Assembly: GCA_045863235.1 (NCBI GenBank)
Contig: BTUM01000047.1
Span: forward strand, 1 to 62,278
DNA from: Candidatus Xenobia bacterium
GTDB lineage: Bacteria > Vulcanimicrobiota > Xenobia > Xenobiales > QWHO01
Direction of reading: 5' to 3'
Length of the DNA: 62,278 nucleotides
Part shown: positions 40,206 to 49,899 of the stretch, piece after piece
Position numbering within the stretch: the stretch's first letter is position 1
Layout: each line of letters starts with the position of its first letter
Position numbers and translations under genes: made by a program
Notes under the pieces: generated by a model
What the model saw: the letters and a program-made list of their open reading frames with translations, nothing else
Database searches by the model: none
Told to the model about the DNA's origin: nothing

Positions 40206-41570
40206 ATGCAGGTTTCTCCCACCCCGCCACGGCGGGAATGGACCATCCTGTTCTATCTCGACGGCAACAACCGAGACATCGAGCGGGACGTCTACACCAG
40301 CTTTCTGACCGCCGAGGAGGCGGCCGGCCATCCCGCCTGCGCCATGGCCGCCGAACTCGGCCGCCTGCCCTCTCCCAACCCCTTCCCACGCGATCCGTAT
40401 CAGCCCAAGATCCCCAACGACGCCGACGAGGTCTGGCAGACCACCCGCCGCTACGAGATGCTCCCGGGCGACCCGCCCGGACCTTACGCTCGGCGCGTCT
40501 ACACCTCGCAGGGCCAGCACGACGGACAGATCGACTCGCGCCTGGTGGCCGACCTGGGGGAGCGCGACATGAGTTGCCCCGCCAACCTGGCCGAGTTTCT
40601 CAAGTGGGGCATGAAGACCTACCCCGCCGAGCACGTGATGGTGGTGCTGACCAACCACGGCGCGGGATTTCTGGGCACCCTGTCAGACCAGCGCGCCGGC
40701 CGCCATATGCCGCTTGCCGAGGTCAAGGCCGCCCTGGAGGAGGCCAGCCGCGAGACCGGCGTCAAGCCCGACGTGCTGGTGATGGACGCCTGCTTGATGG
40801 CCCAGGCCGAGGCGCTCACCGAGCTCAAGGACGCCGCCGGTTGCTACGTAGCCAGCCAGGACGTGATCTACAGCTGCTATCCCTGGCAGAAGACCCTCAA
40901 CCGCGCCCGCGAAGACTGGGAGGCCGGGCACAAGGTGGCACCCGAGCAGATGGTGGGCTACCTGGTAGCCGCCTGCGCCGAGCAAGAGAGCGACTTTCCG
41001 TCCGTGTCGGCGGTGCGCTCGGACCGGGTCGATCCGCTGGTGGACAGCCTGCGCGAGCTGGCTGACAGCCTGCTGGCCACCCGTGTGAGCGAGGCCGAGG
41101 TGCGCCGCCTGATGGCCGCATCGCGCGGCTTTTCCAGCCCCGAGGTGCGCCCCTTCGGCGACTACCGCGACCTGGCCGACTTCGCCCGCAAGCTCGAGGG
41201 CCTGGCCGACGAGAAGGTGGCCGCGGCCGCCGGCAAGGTGGTGGCCTCGCTCGAGCAAGCGGTGGTGGCCGAGACCCACCGGGGCGAGCGATCCGCCTCG
41301 GGCCTCACGGTCTACCTGCCCCCGGCGGGCTTCCGCGAGCGCGAGTCGGGCTTTCAGTATCCGCCCCATACCCGGCCGGAGCAGTACGAGTCGATCTATC
41401 GGGGCCTGGAGTTTGCCCGGCGCACGGGGTGGGATCGGGTGATCGAGCGCTTTGGCGGCTCGAATGTAACGACCCAGGACAGCGGCAGGTCGTTAGTATC
41501 TGGCTCAGCGGAAGGGTCAGCTTCATGCGACAGGAGATCGAGAGGTTGGCCTCCATTGAAGGATTCGTAG
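40206..41570 (+). CDS. Clostripain-related cysteine peptidase (C11)
   Basis: WTILFYLDGNN, WGMKTYPAEH...NHGAG (His), MDACLMA (Cys). Confidence 0.88.
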   Translation: MQVSPTPPRREWTILFYLDGNNRDIERDVYTSFLTAEEAAGHPACAMAAELGRLPSPNPFPRDPYQPKIPNDADEVWQTTRRYEMLPGDPPGPYARRVYTSQGQHDGQIDSRLVADLGERDMSCPANLAEFLKWGMKTYPAEHVMVVLTNHGAGFLGTLSDQRAGRHMPLAEVKAALEEASRETGVKPDVLVMDACLMAQAEALTELKDAAGCYVASQDVIYSCYPWQKTLNRAREDWEAGHKVAPEQMVGYLVAACAEQESDFPSVSAVRSDRVDPLVDSLRELADSLLATRVSEAEVRRLMAASRGFSSPEVRPFGDYRDLADFARKLEGLADEKVAAAAGKVVASLEQAVVAETHRGERSASGLTVYLPPAGFRERESGFQYPPHTRPEQYESIYRGLEFARRTGWDRVIERFGGSNVTTQDSGRSLVSGSAEGSASCDRRSRGWPPLKDS

Positions 41571-41758
41571 CTCCTCGCCCAGAGTCATGGCCGGTCCAGA
41601 TTCGGTGCGCATTTCCGAGAGCCAGCTCGCATGCTGGAGATCTTTCCGGCCCTTGGCGACGGAGCCCGACGTTCAGTGCAGGCATGGGAGCGCAAGATCC
41701 GCACCAAAGTCTGCGACTGGTAAGCGATCCCAGCCCTTTCGCCACCCACGATCTTTTC

Positions 41759-41787
41759 TTGACTCTCTCTGTGAATCGAATTATGAT
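41759..41787 (+). promoter_or_regulatory. sigma70 promoter of TA operon 2
   Basis: TTGACT, 17 nt, TATGAT. Confidence 0.65.
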
Positions 41788-41824
41788 TCAATTTGAGCCG
41801 CAAAGTGAGGCACATGGAAGTTCT

Positions 41825-42082
41825 ATGAAACAGCTTACTATCCGTCTGAGTGAAGAGCTTGAAGAGGCCGTGCGCGAGGTCGCACGTCGAGAGGGTCTAT
41901 CCCTGAACCGGGCGGCGATTCGCCTGCTTCGCTCGGGAGCTGGCCTCTCGCACGACCAGGGAAATCGGGTCGGTGATTCTCTGGAGCACCTCAAGGGTGA
42001 CATGACCGAGTACGAGGAGCGCGAGATTCTTGAAGCGGTTAGCTCATTGTGCGAAAGCATCGACCCCTCGCTGTTCTCGTGA
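41825..42082 (+). CDS. Ribbon-helix-helix antitoxin (VapB-like)
   Basis: MKQLTIRLSEELEEAVREVARREGLSLN; overlaps the vapC start. Confidence 0.82.
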   Translation: MKQLTIRLSEELEEAVREVARREGLSLNRAAIRLLRSGAGLSHDQGNRVGDSLEHLKGDMTEYEEREILEAVSSLCESIDPSLFS

Positions 42083-42477
42083 AAATTCTGCTGGACACGA
42101 ACGCCTACACTGCCTGGCGGCGAAACCATCCAGAAGTGTCCAGGCGGGTTCGGGAGGCCCAGGAGATCATTCTCTCGATGATCGTGGCCGGCGAGCTCTT
42201 GCTTGGATTTCGTGCAGGGACTCGCTTCGAGGATAATCTGCGTAAGCTCGAGGCGTTCCTGGCAAGTCGATTTGTGACTTTGTTGCCCGTTAGCCTGGTC
42301 ACGGCTGACCGATTCGGACGAATAGGCGCCTCTCTGCGTCGAAGGGGGACCCCAATTCCCACAAACGACATCTGGATCGCCGCCCAGGCCATGGAAACCG
42401 GGGCGGAATTAATTTCGTTCGACCGCCACTTCGAAAGGGTCGAAGGCTTGATCTGGACCTGCCCCCAAGTGATCTGA
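42079..42477 (+). CDS. vapC: VapC family PIN-domain toxin
   Basis: ILLDTNAY, GELLLGF, IPTNDIWIAA, SFDRHF. Confidence 0.92.
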   Translation: MKILLDTNAYTAWRRNHPEVSRRVREAQEIILSMIVAGELLLGFRAGTRFEDNLRKLEAFLASRFVTLLPVSLVTADRFGRIGASLRRRGTPIPTNDIWIAAQAMETGAELISFDRHFERVEGLIWTCPQVI

Positions 42478-42617
42478 CTGGACCCGCGCTAAGGCGCCGC
42501 GCGTTGAACGCTTCAGGAATTGGCGCGGCGCCGTTCAACAGATTGTCCGGGAAGCGCGACTCTTGCTGGCTCCTCTCTGAGAAGGAAGGCCTCAGCCTGC
42601 AGCCCGAAGGGCGCTGC

Positions 42618-43601
42618 ATGGCCGCAGAATCTCACCAGGCACGCTACAAGTCCGCAGTCGAGTTGCGGCGCTCGGGCGGAATCGGCAATCTAGCTCAGGG
42701 TCCGGAAATTCACGCCCACGGCCTGGCCACGCGCCTGATCGCCTGGCCGGGCACGGGCTTCCAGACGGAGAGCGTGCACGTCGTCACGGTGAAGCCCGGG
42801 CAGGAGAGCGAGCGCTATGCCTACCAATTAGCTGAAGAGGCCTACCTGTGCCACAAGGGGCGGGGCGAGGTCTTTCTGCGGGGCCAGTGGCGCGAGATGA
42901 AGCCGGGCGATATGGCTTACATTCCCGAGGGGGTCGAGCGAGCGCTGCGAAACCCCGGGGTTAACCGGGCCGATTTTTGCCTCATCAACCAGATCACGCC
43001 GCCCCAGCTAGACCTCTACGCACCCTCTGGCTTCTACGACCAGCGCCACGGGGTGATGAACTTCCCGGCCTGCGACAAAGCACGGCTCAGCGCCGAGCCG
43101 GTAGAATACTCCACCCACAACGAGATGGGCTTCCACGAGCACGCTTCCGAGGTGCGGGCCTGGAATCTGGAGCCCATCGACGTTCGCCGCGAGGGCGCAC
43201 TGTTCAACGTGTACATGGGGGCGCGCTTCGCGGGCCTGGGAGTGGACAGCTTCCGGCTGATTCTCTGGCCCGGCGCCGGAACGCGGACGGTCGGCTTCAA
43301 CTACACGCTGTGGCCTGGCGGGGTGCCCGAGCAGTTGCACACCCACCCCGTCTCGGACGAGTGCCTCATCCTGTGGCAGGGGGAGGCCCAGTTCTACATG
43401 GGTTCGGGGTGGCTTGACGCCGTGACTAACGACTGCGCTCTGGCTCCCTGCGGAGTCTATCACGGCACCCGCAACCAGGCGGATTGCATATACGGGGGCT
43501 TCGCCTCTCCCCCTCAATTAGACTTGCTGATGAACTCAGGCTACTACCGCGACGGCCTGTTCCTCCCGGCCCCCTGGGAGCGGCTGAGCCACAACGGGTA
43601 G
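42618..43601 (+). CDS. Bicupin protein
   Basis: Two similar halves; HTHPVSDE...APCGVYHG cupin motifs in the second. Confidence 0.8.
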   Translation: MAAESHQARYKSAVELRRSGGIGNLAQGPEIHAHGLATRLIAWPGTGFQTESVHVVTVKPGQESERYAYQLAEEAYLCHKGRGEVFLRGQWREMKPGDMAYIPEGVERALRNPGVNRADFCLINQITPPQLDLYAPSGFYDQRHGVMNFPACDKARLSAEPVEYSTHNEMGFHEHASEVRAWNLEPIDVRREGALFNVYMGARFAGLGVDSFRLILWPGAGTRTVGFNYTLWPGGVPEQLHTHPVSDECLILWQGEAQFYMGSGWLDAVTNDCALAPCGVYHGTRNQADCIYGGFASPPQLDLLMNSGYYRDGLFLPAPWERLSHNG

Positions 43602-43701
43602 CCGACCGCGCGCCTTCCTCCACACGCCCGAGCCAGAAGGCGAGCTTCTTCGCGCGCGAGGCTTCAGCTTCATTTCAGGCGAGCCCCGTAAGCTCAGGAG
43701 A

Positions 43702-45957
43702 ATGATACGATCCGCGCACTGGGCCTCCCCGGGCAGCTCGGGCTTCGGCAAGGAGTCCATCAAGCTGCAACTCGGAGATCGAGAGATCGAGCGCATCCCG
43801 CAGCGGGAGAGCTGGGAGCTGACCGACGGGAGCATGTTGAGCCTGTGCGCCCGCGGCAAGGACTTCCGCCGCTTCACCCCCGAAGGCGAGAAGCTCTGGG
43901 AGAGAGGCATCTACGCTGGCGATGACGTGCGCCACCCGGTGGTAGCGCGCGACACACTCTACTACTTCTCGTACAATGGCGCGCACGCGGTGGACCTGGA
44001 GACGGGCCAGGGCCGCTACGACAGCGCTCCCTCTATCTGGCGCGACGTCTGGGCCAGCCGGGACGGTCACCTGGTCACGGTGGAAGGCGGCGAGCTGATC
44101 GTGCGCGACGAGCACCTCGAGGAGCTGACCCGCGCCGACGTCCCCTTCACGATCAACCACGCCGTTCACCATCAGAACCAGAGAATGGTCACGCTGACCT
44201 ACAACGACAAGCGCTTCGACCACGCCGTGATGAGCGAGGACGGGGAGGTGCTGTTCGAGTCCAAGAAAGAGCTCGTCTTCCGGGGCAGCCAGGCGGACGA
44301 CCACCTGTGGCAAGTGCTGGCCGACAAGTCGGGCTGCGAGGTTCTACACATCACCCCGCAGGGTCAGGCCAGCGTGCATCCCGTGCCCGGGCTGGCACTG
44401 GCTGCTTTCGGACAGCCGGACGGAGGCTTCGTCACGGTCACCGTGCCCGAAAGCGAGGACGAGCCGCTGTGCTTGCGCCGTGAGAACGGGCAGACCTGGA
44501 GCCTGGGTCAGGCCAGGATCGACAGCCTCTTCGCCTGTCCGGACGGGGCCGCGCTGATCAGCCAGGAGGATGGCGTGCGGTACTTCCGCGACGGCCAGCT
44601 CACCCAGGTGGGCACGGAGCCCTGTTTGCCGGCCGCCCTGGGCGACGGCTCGTTTGTCCTGGTGACCCGGGACAGCACCCGGCACGTGGCCGCCGACGGC
44701 ACCGTGACCCCCTATCCGGACGCCTGGGCGGCCCGCGACGCCATCGGGGGCGAGGTGGTCTCGCAGCGTGTGCACACTGTCGGGATGGGGCTGGACGACG
44801 GCACTCCCGCCGGCTGGCACAATTTCCTGCAGACCGCCGAGCGGGTATCGGGACCACCCATGGGGACGCCCGCGTTGGGAATGCGCTCCACCTCTACCCG
44901 GCTGGACTTCGTCCGCTCCAAGCAGGCCAATTCCCTGGCCCACGCCGGCCTGCGCGCTGCCACGGCGACCGACGGCACCGGGCTGATCTCGGCCGCCACG
45001 CTGGCCATTCGGAACAAAGAGCTGGACCTGATCGTGGCCACGGCCTCGCCGGAGCGCGGGGTGCAGGCCGTCAACACCTGGAGCGCGATGGCTCTGGACA
45101 AGACCCCGGCCGCGCCCACCTGGCTGCACCTGGACTCCCAGGGCGTCACCTCGATGGACCAGGGCGGAAACGTGCTGCGGATCGAGTTCGGGTCCGAGTA
45201 TCAGCCCGTGGACACCAGGCCCTCCGCCGAAGAGGTGGCGAGCCTGGCCAGGCGGATGCTCGAGTACCGCCACGAGAGCACTCCCGCCCTACCGGCCGTG
45301 ATCCGACTGCTGGCAGACTGGCCCGAGCTTGTCCCCGCCACCAACTTCGTGGAGCGCATCGCCACCCACTTCCCCAATCTGAGCGAAGCGGCCGCTAAGG
45401 AAGCCCTGAGCAAGCCCACCGCGGGCGAGCCCGAGTGGCTGAGGACGCTGGCCCGCTCCACCAGCCGGACGGTCTTCGGTCCCCAGTATCTGCAGAAAGT
45501 GCGCGCTACCGACGCCGGCGCCGAACTGGCGCTCTTGCTGACCGAGCGCGCCTCGAACAGCATCCCGCAGGATCAGGTCATCAACCGGGCCCTCTTCGAG
45601 TCGCGTCCCAAGCTGACGGGGTCGGCGCTGGACCAGCGAGTCATCTTGCTCGGGTGGCTGACCTCCAACTGGTCCCCCGGTCAGCTCGAGGGCTCGGCCC
45701 GCGTGCTGATGGAGCTGCTTTTCGAGAAGGCGGATATCCCGCTGGACCACTCCACCTTGCGCCGCTGCGCCCAGGGGTTGCAGCAAAAGGACGTCAGCAT
45801 CACATCCTGGTGGCGTCAGAGTCTGCACGAGCTCAAGCAATACGGCCAGGATCGCTCCGCGGTGCAGTCGCTAGCGGACGGGGGGACCAAGCACACCGGC
45901 ATCGCCCAGCAGGGCGACCGGGTGGTGGTCGGGGGCACGGTGGTCCGCACCCGCTAA
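43702..45957 (+). CDS. Hypothetical protein (beta-propeller-like N-terminus, helical C-terminus)
   Basis: AGGAG RBS; 751-aa ORF with coding bias. Confidence 0.7.
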   Translation: MIRSAHWASPGSSGFGKESIKLQLGDREIERIPQRESWELTDGSMLSLCARGKDFRRFTPEGEKLWERGIYAGDDVRHPVVARDTLYYFSYNGAHAVDLETGQGRYDSAPSIWRDVWASRDGHLVTVEGGELIVRDEHLEELTRADVPFTINHAVHHQNQRMVTLTYNDKRFDHAVMSEDGEVLFESKKELVFRGSQADDHLWQVLADKSGCEVLHITPQGQASVHPVPGLALAAFGQPDGGFVTVTVPESEDEPLCLRRENGQTWSLGQARIDSLFACPDGAALISQEDGVRYFRDGQLTQVGTEPCLPAALGDGSFVLVTRDSTRHVAADGTVTPYPDAWAARDAIGGEVVSQRVHTVGMGLDDGTPAGWHNFLQTAERVSGPPMGTPALGMRSTSTRLDFVRSKQANSLAHAGLRAATATDGTGLISAATLAIRNKELDLIVATASPERGVQAVNTWSAMALDKTPAAPTWLHLDSQGVTSMDQGGNVLRIEFGSEYQPVDTRPSAEEVASLARRMLEYRHESTPALPAVIRLLADWPELVPATNFVERIATHFPNLSEAAAKEALSKPTAGEPEWLRTLARSTSRTVFGPQYLQKVRATDAGAELALLLTERASNSIPQDQVINRALFESRPKLTGSALDQRVILLGWLTSNWSPGQLEGSARVLMELLFEKADIPLDHSTLRRCAQGLQQKDVSITSWWRQSLHELKQYGQDRSAVQSLADGGTKHTGIAQQGDRVVVGGTVVRTR

Positions 45958-46046
45958 CCTGCAATCAAAGACCGGGAGTACCCGCCGGGTACAAACATGT
46001 GCTCGATCGAAGACCGTGACAGACCGGCCGGTGCTATACTCAGGTC

Positions 46047-46580
46047 ATGCTAGCCTTTCATCAAAGCGGCCTCAAACGCGCCGTAGTGGGCGTGATGGGC
46101 TCGGCCATCGAGGCGCCGCCCTTTGCCGAGCCGCTGGGAGCAGCCCTGGCCCGGGAGGGCTGGAGCCTGCTCACCGGCGGGGGGCAGGGCGTGATGGAGG
46201 CGGTCTCACGGGGCTTCGTGCAGAGCGGAGTGGCCGACCGGGGCCTGTGCATCGGGGTGCTGCCCGAGGCGCGCGAGGAGAATCCATGGGTGGAGCTGGC
46301 CATCCGCACCCCGCTGGGCATCTTCGACCCGGCCGACCCCGAGCGGCTCACCCGCAACCACATCAATGTCCTGAGCTCGAACGCGCTGATCGTGCTGCCC
46401 GGGCGCACCGGCACGCGCAACGAAGCCGAGCTATCCTTGCGCTACGGCCGACCCGCCGTGCTGCTCGGGCCAACCGACGCATTTTCTGATTTTCCGCCCT
46501 CGCTGTCTCGTTTCGAGCACCTCGAGCTCGCCGTGGAAGCGATTCGAAGGCTACTTTACAGAGATCCCTCGGCTGTGTAA
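46047..46580 (+). CDS. SLOG/LOG family Rossmann-fold protein
   Basis: VGVMGS, LLTGGGQGVMEAVSRG, RNHINVLSS, LPGRTGTRNE. Confidence 0.85.
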   Translation: MLAFHQSGLKRAVVGVMGSAIEAPPFAEPLGAALAREGWSLLTGGGQGVMEAVSRGFVQSGVADRGLCIGVLPEAREENPWVELAIRTPLGIFDPADPERLTRNHINVLSSNALIVLPGRTGTRNEAELSLRYGRPAVLLGPTDAFSDFPPSLSRFEHLELAVEAIRRLLYRDPSAV

Positions 46581-46621
46581 AATAACCTGACATGCAAGCT
46601 GTAGGGGCTTGCGCAAGACCT

Positions 46622-46711
46622 GGAGTGGTGGCCGAGCGGCTAATGGCGCACGCCTGCTAAGCGTGAGGGGCCAAAAGTCCCACGTGAGTTCGAATCTCAC
46701 CCACTCCGCCA
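46622..46711 (+). tRNA. tRNA-Ser(GCT)
   Basis: GGAGTGG/CCACTCC acceptor stem, anticodon arm CACGC-CTGCTAA-GCGTG, long variable arm, GTTCGAATC, encoded GCCA end. Confidence 0.96.
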
Positions 46712-46714
46712 ACT

Positions 46715-46746
46715 CGGCCCGGTTGCAGAACCGGGCCGTTTTCTTT
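46715..46746 (+). terminator. Intrinsic terminator after the tRNA
   Basis: CGGCCCGGTT-gcag-AACCGGGCCG-TTTTCTT. Confidence 0.8.
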
Positions 46747-46756
46747 GGAGCGTTCG

Positions 46757-47914
46757 ATGCAGTACGAGCGGGTCGACCTGGTCGTGGTGGGGGGCGGCAT
46801 CATGGGGAGCATGACCGCCTGGCGGGCCGTGCAACGCGGGCTGAAGGTGGCCCTGGTGGAGCAGTTCCGCCCCGGTCACGCGCGCGGCTCCTCGCATGGC
46901 TGCGGGCGAATCTACCGCTACAACTACCCCGAGGCCGACTACGTGCGCTGGATGGGCGGCTCGTTCCCGCTCTGGCACGCCCTGGAAGAGGAGGCCGGGG
47001 AGCGCCTGCTGTTCGGTTGCGGCTGCCTCGACCTGGCCCTGGGCCCTGAGGGGAACGCTATGCTGCAGGCCTGTCACGAGGCCATGCTGAGCCAGGACGT
47101 GCAGTCAGAGTTCCTGCGCGATAGCGAGCTGCGTGCGCGCTTCCCCCAGTTCACTCCGCCTCCGGGAGTGCGCTCGCTCTACCAGTCCCAGGGCGGCGTG
47201 GTGGCGGCCGACCGGGCTCTGGAGGCAGCCTGGCAGGGGGTGCGCCGGGGCGAGGGGCGGCTGTTCGTGGATCATCGCGTGGAGCGAGTCGATCTGGAGT
47301 ACGACCAGCCCACCGTGCTCGCCCGCGGCACTGCCTTCCGCGGCCAGAGGCTGGTGCTGGCCGGGGGGCCCTGGGCCCCGCGCCTGCTCCCTGAGCTGGC
47401 CCGGGCCCTCACCCCGACGCGCCAGCAGTTCGCCCTGCTGCGCCCCGAGGACGAGGCCATGTATCGCCCCGACCGTTTCCCGGCACTGATCGTGCATGAC
47501 GTCGAGCAGCCCTACTACATGTTGCCCATCATCGGCTCGGAGGCGGTCAAGATCGCCCGCCACGGCGGGGCTCCCCCGGCCGACCCCGAGGTGGTGCAGG
47601 CCAATCCCGACCCGAAGGAGCTGGAGAAGCTGCGCGGCTACCTCAAGCACTGGCTGCCGGGGGCTTACAACGCCCCCATCGAGGGCGGCAAGACCTGCTT
47701 TTACACCGAGACGCCCGATACCGACTTCGTGATCGGCGCCCACCCGGCCCGCGAGGACGTGGTGGTGCTGGCCGGCTTCTCCGGCCACGGCTTCAAGTTC
47801 GCCCCCCTGGTGGGCCAGGTGGCCGTGGAGCTGGCCTTCGACCGCGGCACGGCCTGGCCGGTCGAGCGCTTCAGCCCCACCCGCGAGGCGCTGCTCAAAC
47901 CGGTCGGTCGCTGA
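46757..47914 (+). CDS. solA: N-methyl-L-tryptophan/sarcosine oxidase family FAD oxidoreductase
   Basis: VVGGGIMG, GSSHG.GRI, CFYTETPD.DFVIG, GFSGHGFKFAP. Confidence 0.85.
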   Translation: MQYERVDLVVVGGGIMGSMTAWRAVQRGLKVALVEQFRPGHARGSSHGCGRIYRYNYPEADYVRWMGGSFPLWHALEEEAGERLLFGCGCLDLALGPEGNAMLQACHEAMLSQDVQSEFLRDSELRARFPQFTPPPGVRSLYQSQGGVVAADRALEAAWQGVRRGEGRLFVDHRVERVDLEYDQPTVLARGTAFRGQRLVLAGGPWAPRLLPELARALTPTRQQFALLRPEDEAMYRPDRFPALIVHDVEQPYYMLPIIGSEAVKIARHGGAPPADPEVVQANPDPKELEKLRGYLKHWLPGAYNAPIEGGKTCFYTETPDTDFVIGAHPAREDVVVLAGFSGHGFKFAPLVGQVAVELAFDRGTAWPVERFSPTREALLKPVGR

Positions 47915-48045
47915 GCTTGCGATGCGAAGGCGGCCCGGCTTGACGAGGGGCCCTCAGCCCGGCTCGGTCGTGACCGACGGGTCGAACAAATCCCCCTCCC
48001 GTCCGAAGCTCGTTCGCGCTCTGAAGGACCTCTGCACGGTCCAGT

Positions 48046-49836
48046 TCAGAGGCCAGGATACAGGTTCAAAGCCTGGTTCCAGCCGACCAGCTTGCGGATG
48101 CGCTCCGTCTTGTCCTTGGGCAGGTTGAAGGGCTTTCTGCCCCGCCCATCCAGGATGATGCCGGTCAACCCGCCGTGCACCGTCTTCTCGAGCGGCTGGT
48201 TCTTGCCGGCGCCCACATCGTAGCCCTTCTCGGGCTTGAGGGTGGCCGTGGCCGTCTCCCCCACCCCCAGCGGGATCACCTTCAGCTCGCCGTAGTTGAG
48301 CTCGAAGCTGGTGCTGCCGATGGAGCCGGTGAGCACCCGCTTGCCCTCTTTGCCCGGGCCTACCGGGGCGATACAGGTGCCGAGCCAGATCAGGCAGTCC
48401 TTCTCGAAGACCTGGGTGGCCGCCTCGGGATGCACCCGGGCCAGCACGCCCAGCTGGGGCATCATGAAGATGGAGTCCACCGTGAGCTGGGTGATGCCCT
48501 CGGGCAGGAAGGCGTCCATCAGCATCATGGCCGTCTGCTGGCGGCGGGGCGCGTGCGAGAGCACGCCGCCCGAGCCGATCAGCATGTCCAGGGTCATCAC
48601 GTCCACCAGCGTGCCCCCCGAGCCCTTCTGGTCGAAGATGTTGGAGATGTCGCCGGCCCGCTGCACCCCCTTGAGGCCAGTGGCCAGCAGCTTGTGCTGA
48701 TCAAACGAGAGGCGCAGGGCCTCGCGGCAGATGGCCTGCTCCACCATCAGCTCATCCAGGAGGTAGGGGATGGAGGTGGGACGGATCATCTTGTTCTTGA
48801 TGCGGTTGCGCAGATCCCATTCTTCCATGTCGAAGGGCACCCAGCGCATCACGTTCTCCAACCCCGCGTCAGCGAAGACGTTGGAGATGGAGTAGCTCAT
48901 GCCATAGTTGGCTGAGACGGTGCGGTTGAAGACCTTGCCGAAGACCGAGAAGACGTCGGTCGTGGCTCCGCCGATGTCGACCCCGGCCAGGTTGATGCCG
49001 TACTTCTCGGCGATGCGCTCCATGATCGAGCCCACCGCGGCCGGGGTGGGCATGATCTCCTCGTCCACCCAGCCCATCAACTTGGGATAGCCGGGCGCCT
49101 GGGCCATCACGTGCTCGAGGAACTGGGCCTGGATCTTGAGCCGGGCCGGCTGCAGGTTCTCAGTCTCCATGGTGGGGCGCAGGTTGTCCACCACATCCAG
49201 GGCGCACTTTTTCTCCAGGATGGACTGCACCTCGGGTCGGGCTTCCTTGTTGCCGGCGAAGATGATGGGCAGGTCGTAGCTGGCGCCCAGGCGGGGCCGC
49301 GGGTCGGCGGCCCCGATGATCTGGGCCATCTCCACCACATGCTTGACCGTGCCCCCGTCCACCCCGCCCGAGAGCAGCACCATGTCGGGTCGCAGCTGGC
49401 GGATCAGGGCGATCTTCTCGTGAGGCAGGCGCTTGTCGTTGGAGGCCAGCGTCTCCATCACGATGGCTCCGGCCCCCAGGGCGGCGCGCTGGGCGCTCTC
49501 GCCGGTCATTTCCTTGACCACCCCGGCCACGACCATCTGCAGCCCCCCGCCGGCCGAGGAGGTGGACAGGTAGACATCCACGCCCTGCTTGCCATCATAA
49601 GGCTTGAGGATGGTGCTCCCCTCGAGCAAGGGCCGGCCGATCAGCTCCTGCACCTCGGCCACGGCGTTGACCACGCCCTGGGTGACGTCCTCGGCGGGCG
49701 CCTCCACGGTGGTGGGTGCCTCGCCCCGCACCGCCAGGCGAAAGCCTTCCTCGCCCCGGTGCTCGATCAGGATGCACTTGGTGGTGGTGCTGCCGCAGTC
49801 GGTGGCCAGGATGCTCTTGATATCTTCTTTACGCAT
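48046..49836 (-). CDS. Glutamate mutase L (GlmL/MutL)-like actin-fold ATPase
   Basis: TDCGSTTTK, STSSAGGGL, LLSGGVDGG, IMPTP, VDIGGATTDVFS, GSGGVLSHAP. Confidence 0.85.
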   Translation of the reverse strand: MRKEDIKSILATDCGSTTTKCILIEHRGEEGFRLAVRGEAPTTVEAPAEDVTQGVVNAVAEVQELIGRPLLEGSTILKPYDGKQGVDVYLSTSSAGGGLQMVVAGVVKEMTGESAQRAALGAGAIVMETLASNDKRLPHEKIALIRQLRPDMVLLSGGVDGGTVKHVVEMAQIIGAADPRPRLGASYDLPIIFAGNKEARPEVQSILEKKCALDVVDNLRPTMETENLQPARLKIQAQFLEHVMAQAPGYPKLMGWVDEEIMPTPAAVGSIMERIAEKYGINLAGVDIGGATTDVFSVFGKVFNRTVSANYGMSYSISNVFADAGLENVMRWVPFDMEEWDLRNRIKNKMIRPTSIPYLLDELMVEQAICREALRLSFDQHKLLATGLKGVQRAGDISNIFDQKGSGGTLVDVMTLDMLIGSGGVLSHAPRRQQTAMMLMDAFLPEGITQLTVDSIFMMPQLGVLARVHPEAATQVFEKDCLIWLGTCIAPVGPGKEGKRVLTGSIGSTSFELNYGELKVIPLGVGETATATLKPEKGYDVGAGKNQPLEKTVHGGLTGIILDGRGRKPFNLPKDKTERIRKLVGWNQALNLYPGL

Positions 49837-49899
49837 CGGGGGCCCTCGTTCGCGAGCGGGCAGAGATCTCCCTTACGGAGATCTGCAGGGCAATTGGTC

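Noticed and set aside
45992..46005. LexA (Cheo-type) box CAAACATGTGCTCG upstream of the SLOG gene
   Set aside because: It has two mismatches in the core GAAC-N4-GTTC, and the LexA motif of this lineage is unknown to me.
46622..46711. tRNA-Ser as the integration site of a genomic island
   Set aside because: I saw no integrase and no direct repeat of its 3' end in the window; the flanking genes look like ordinary metabolic genes.
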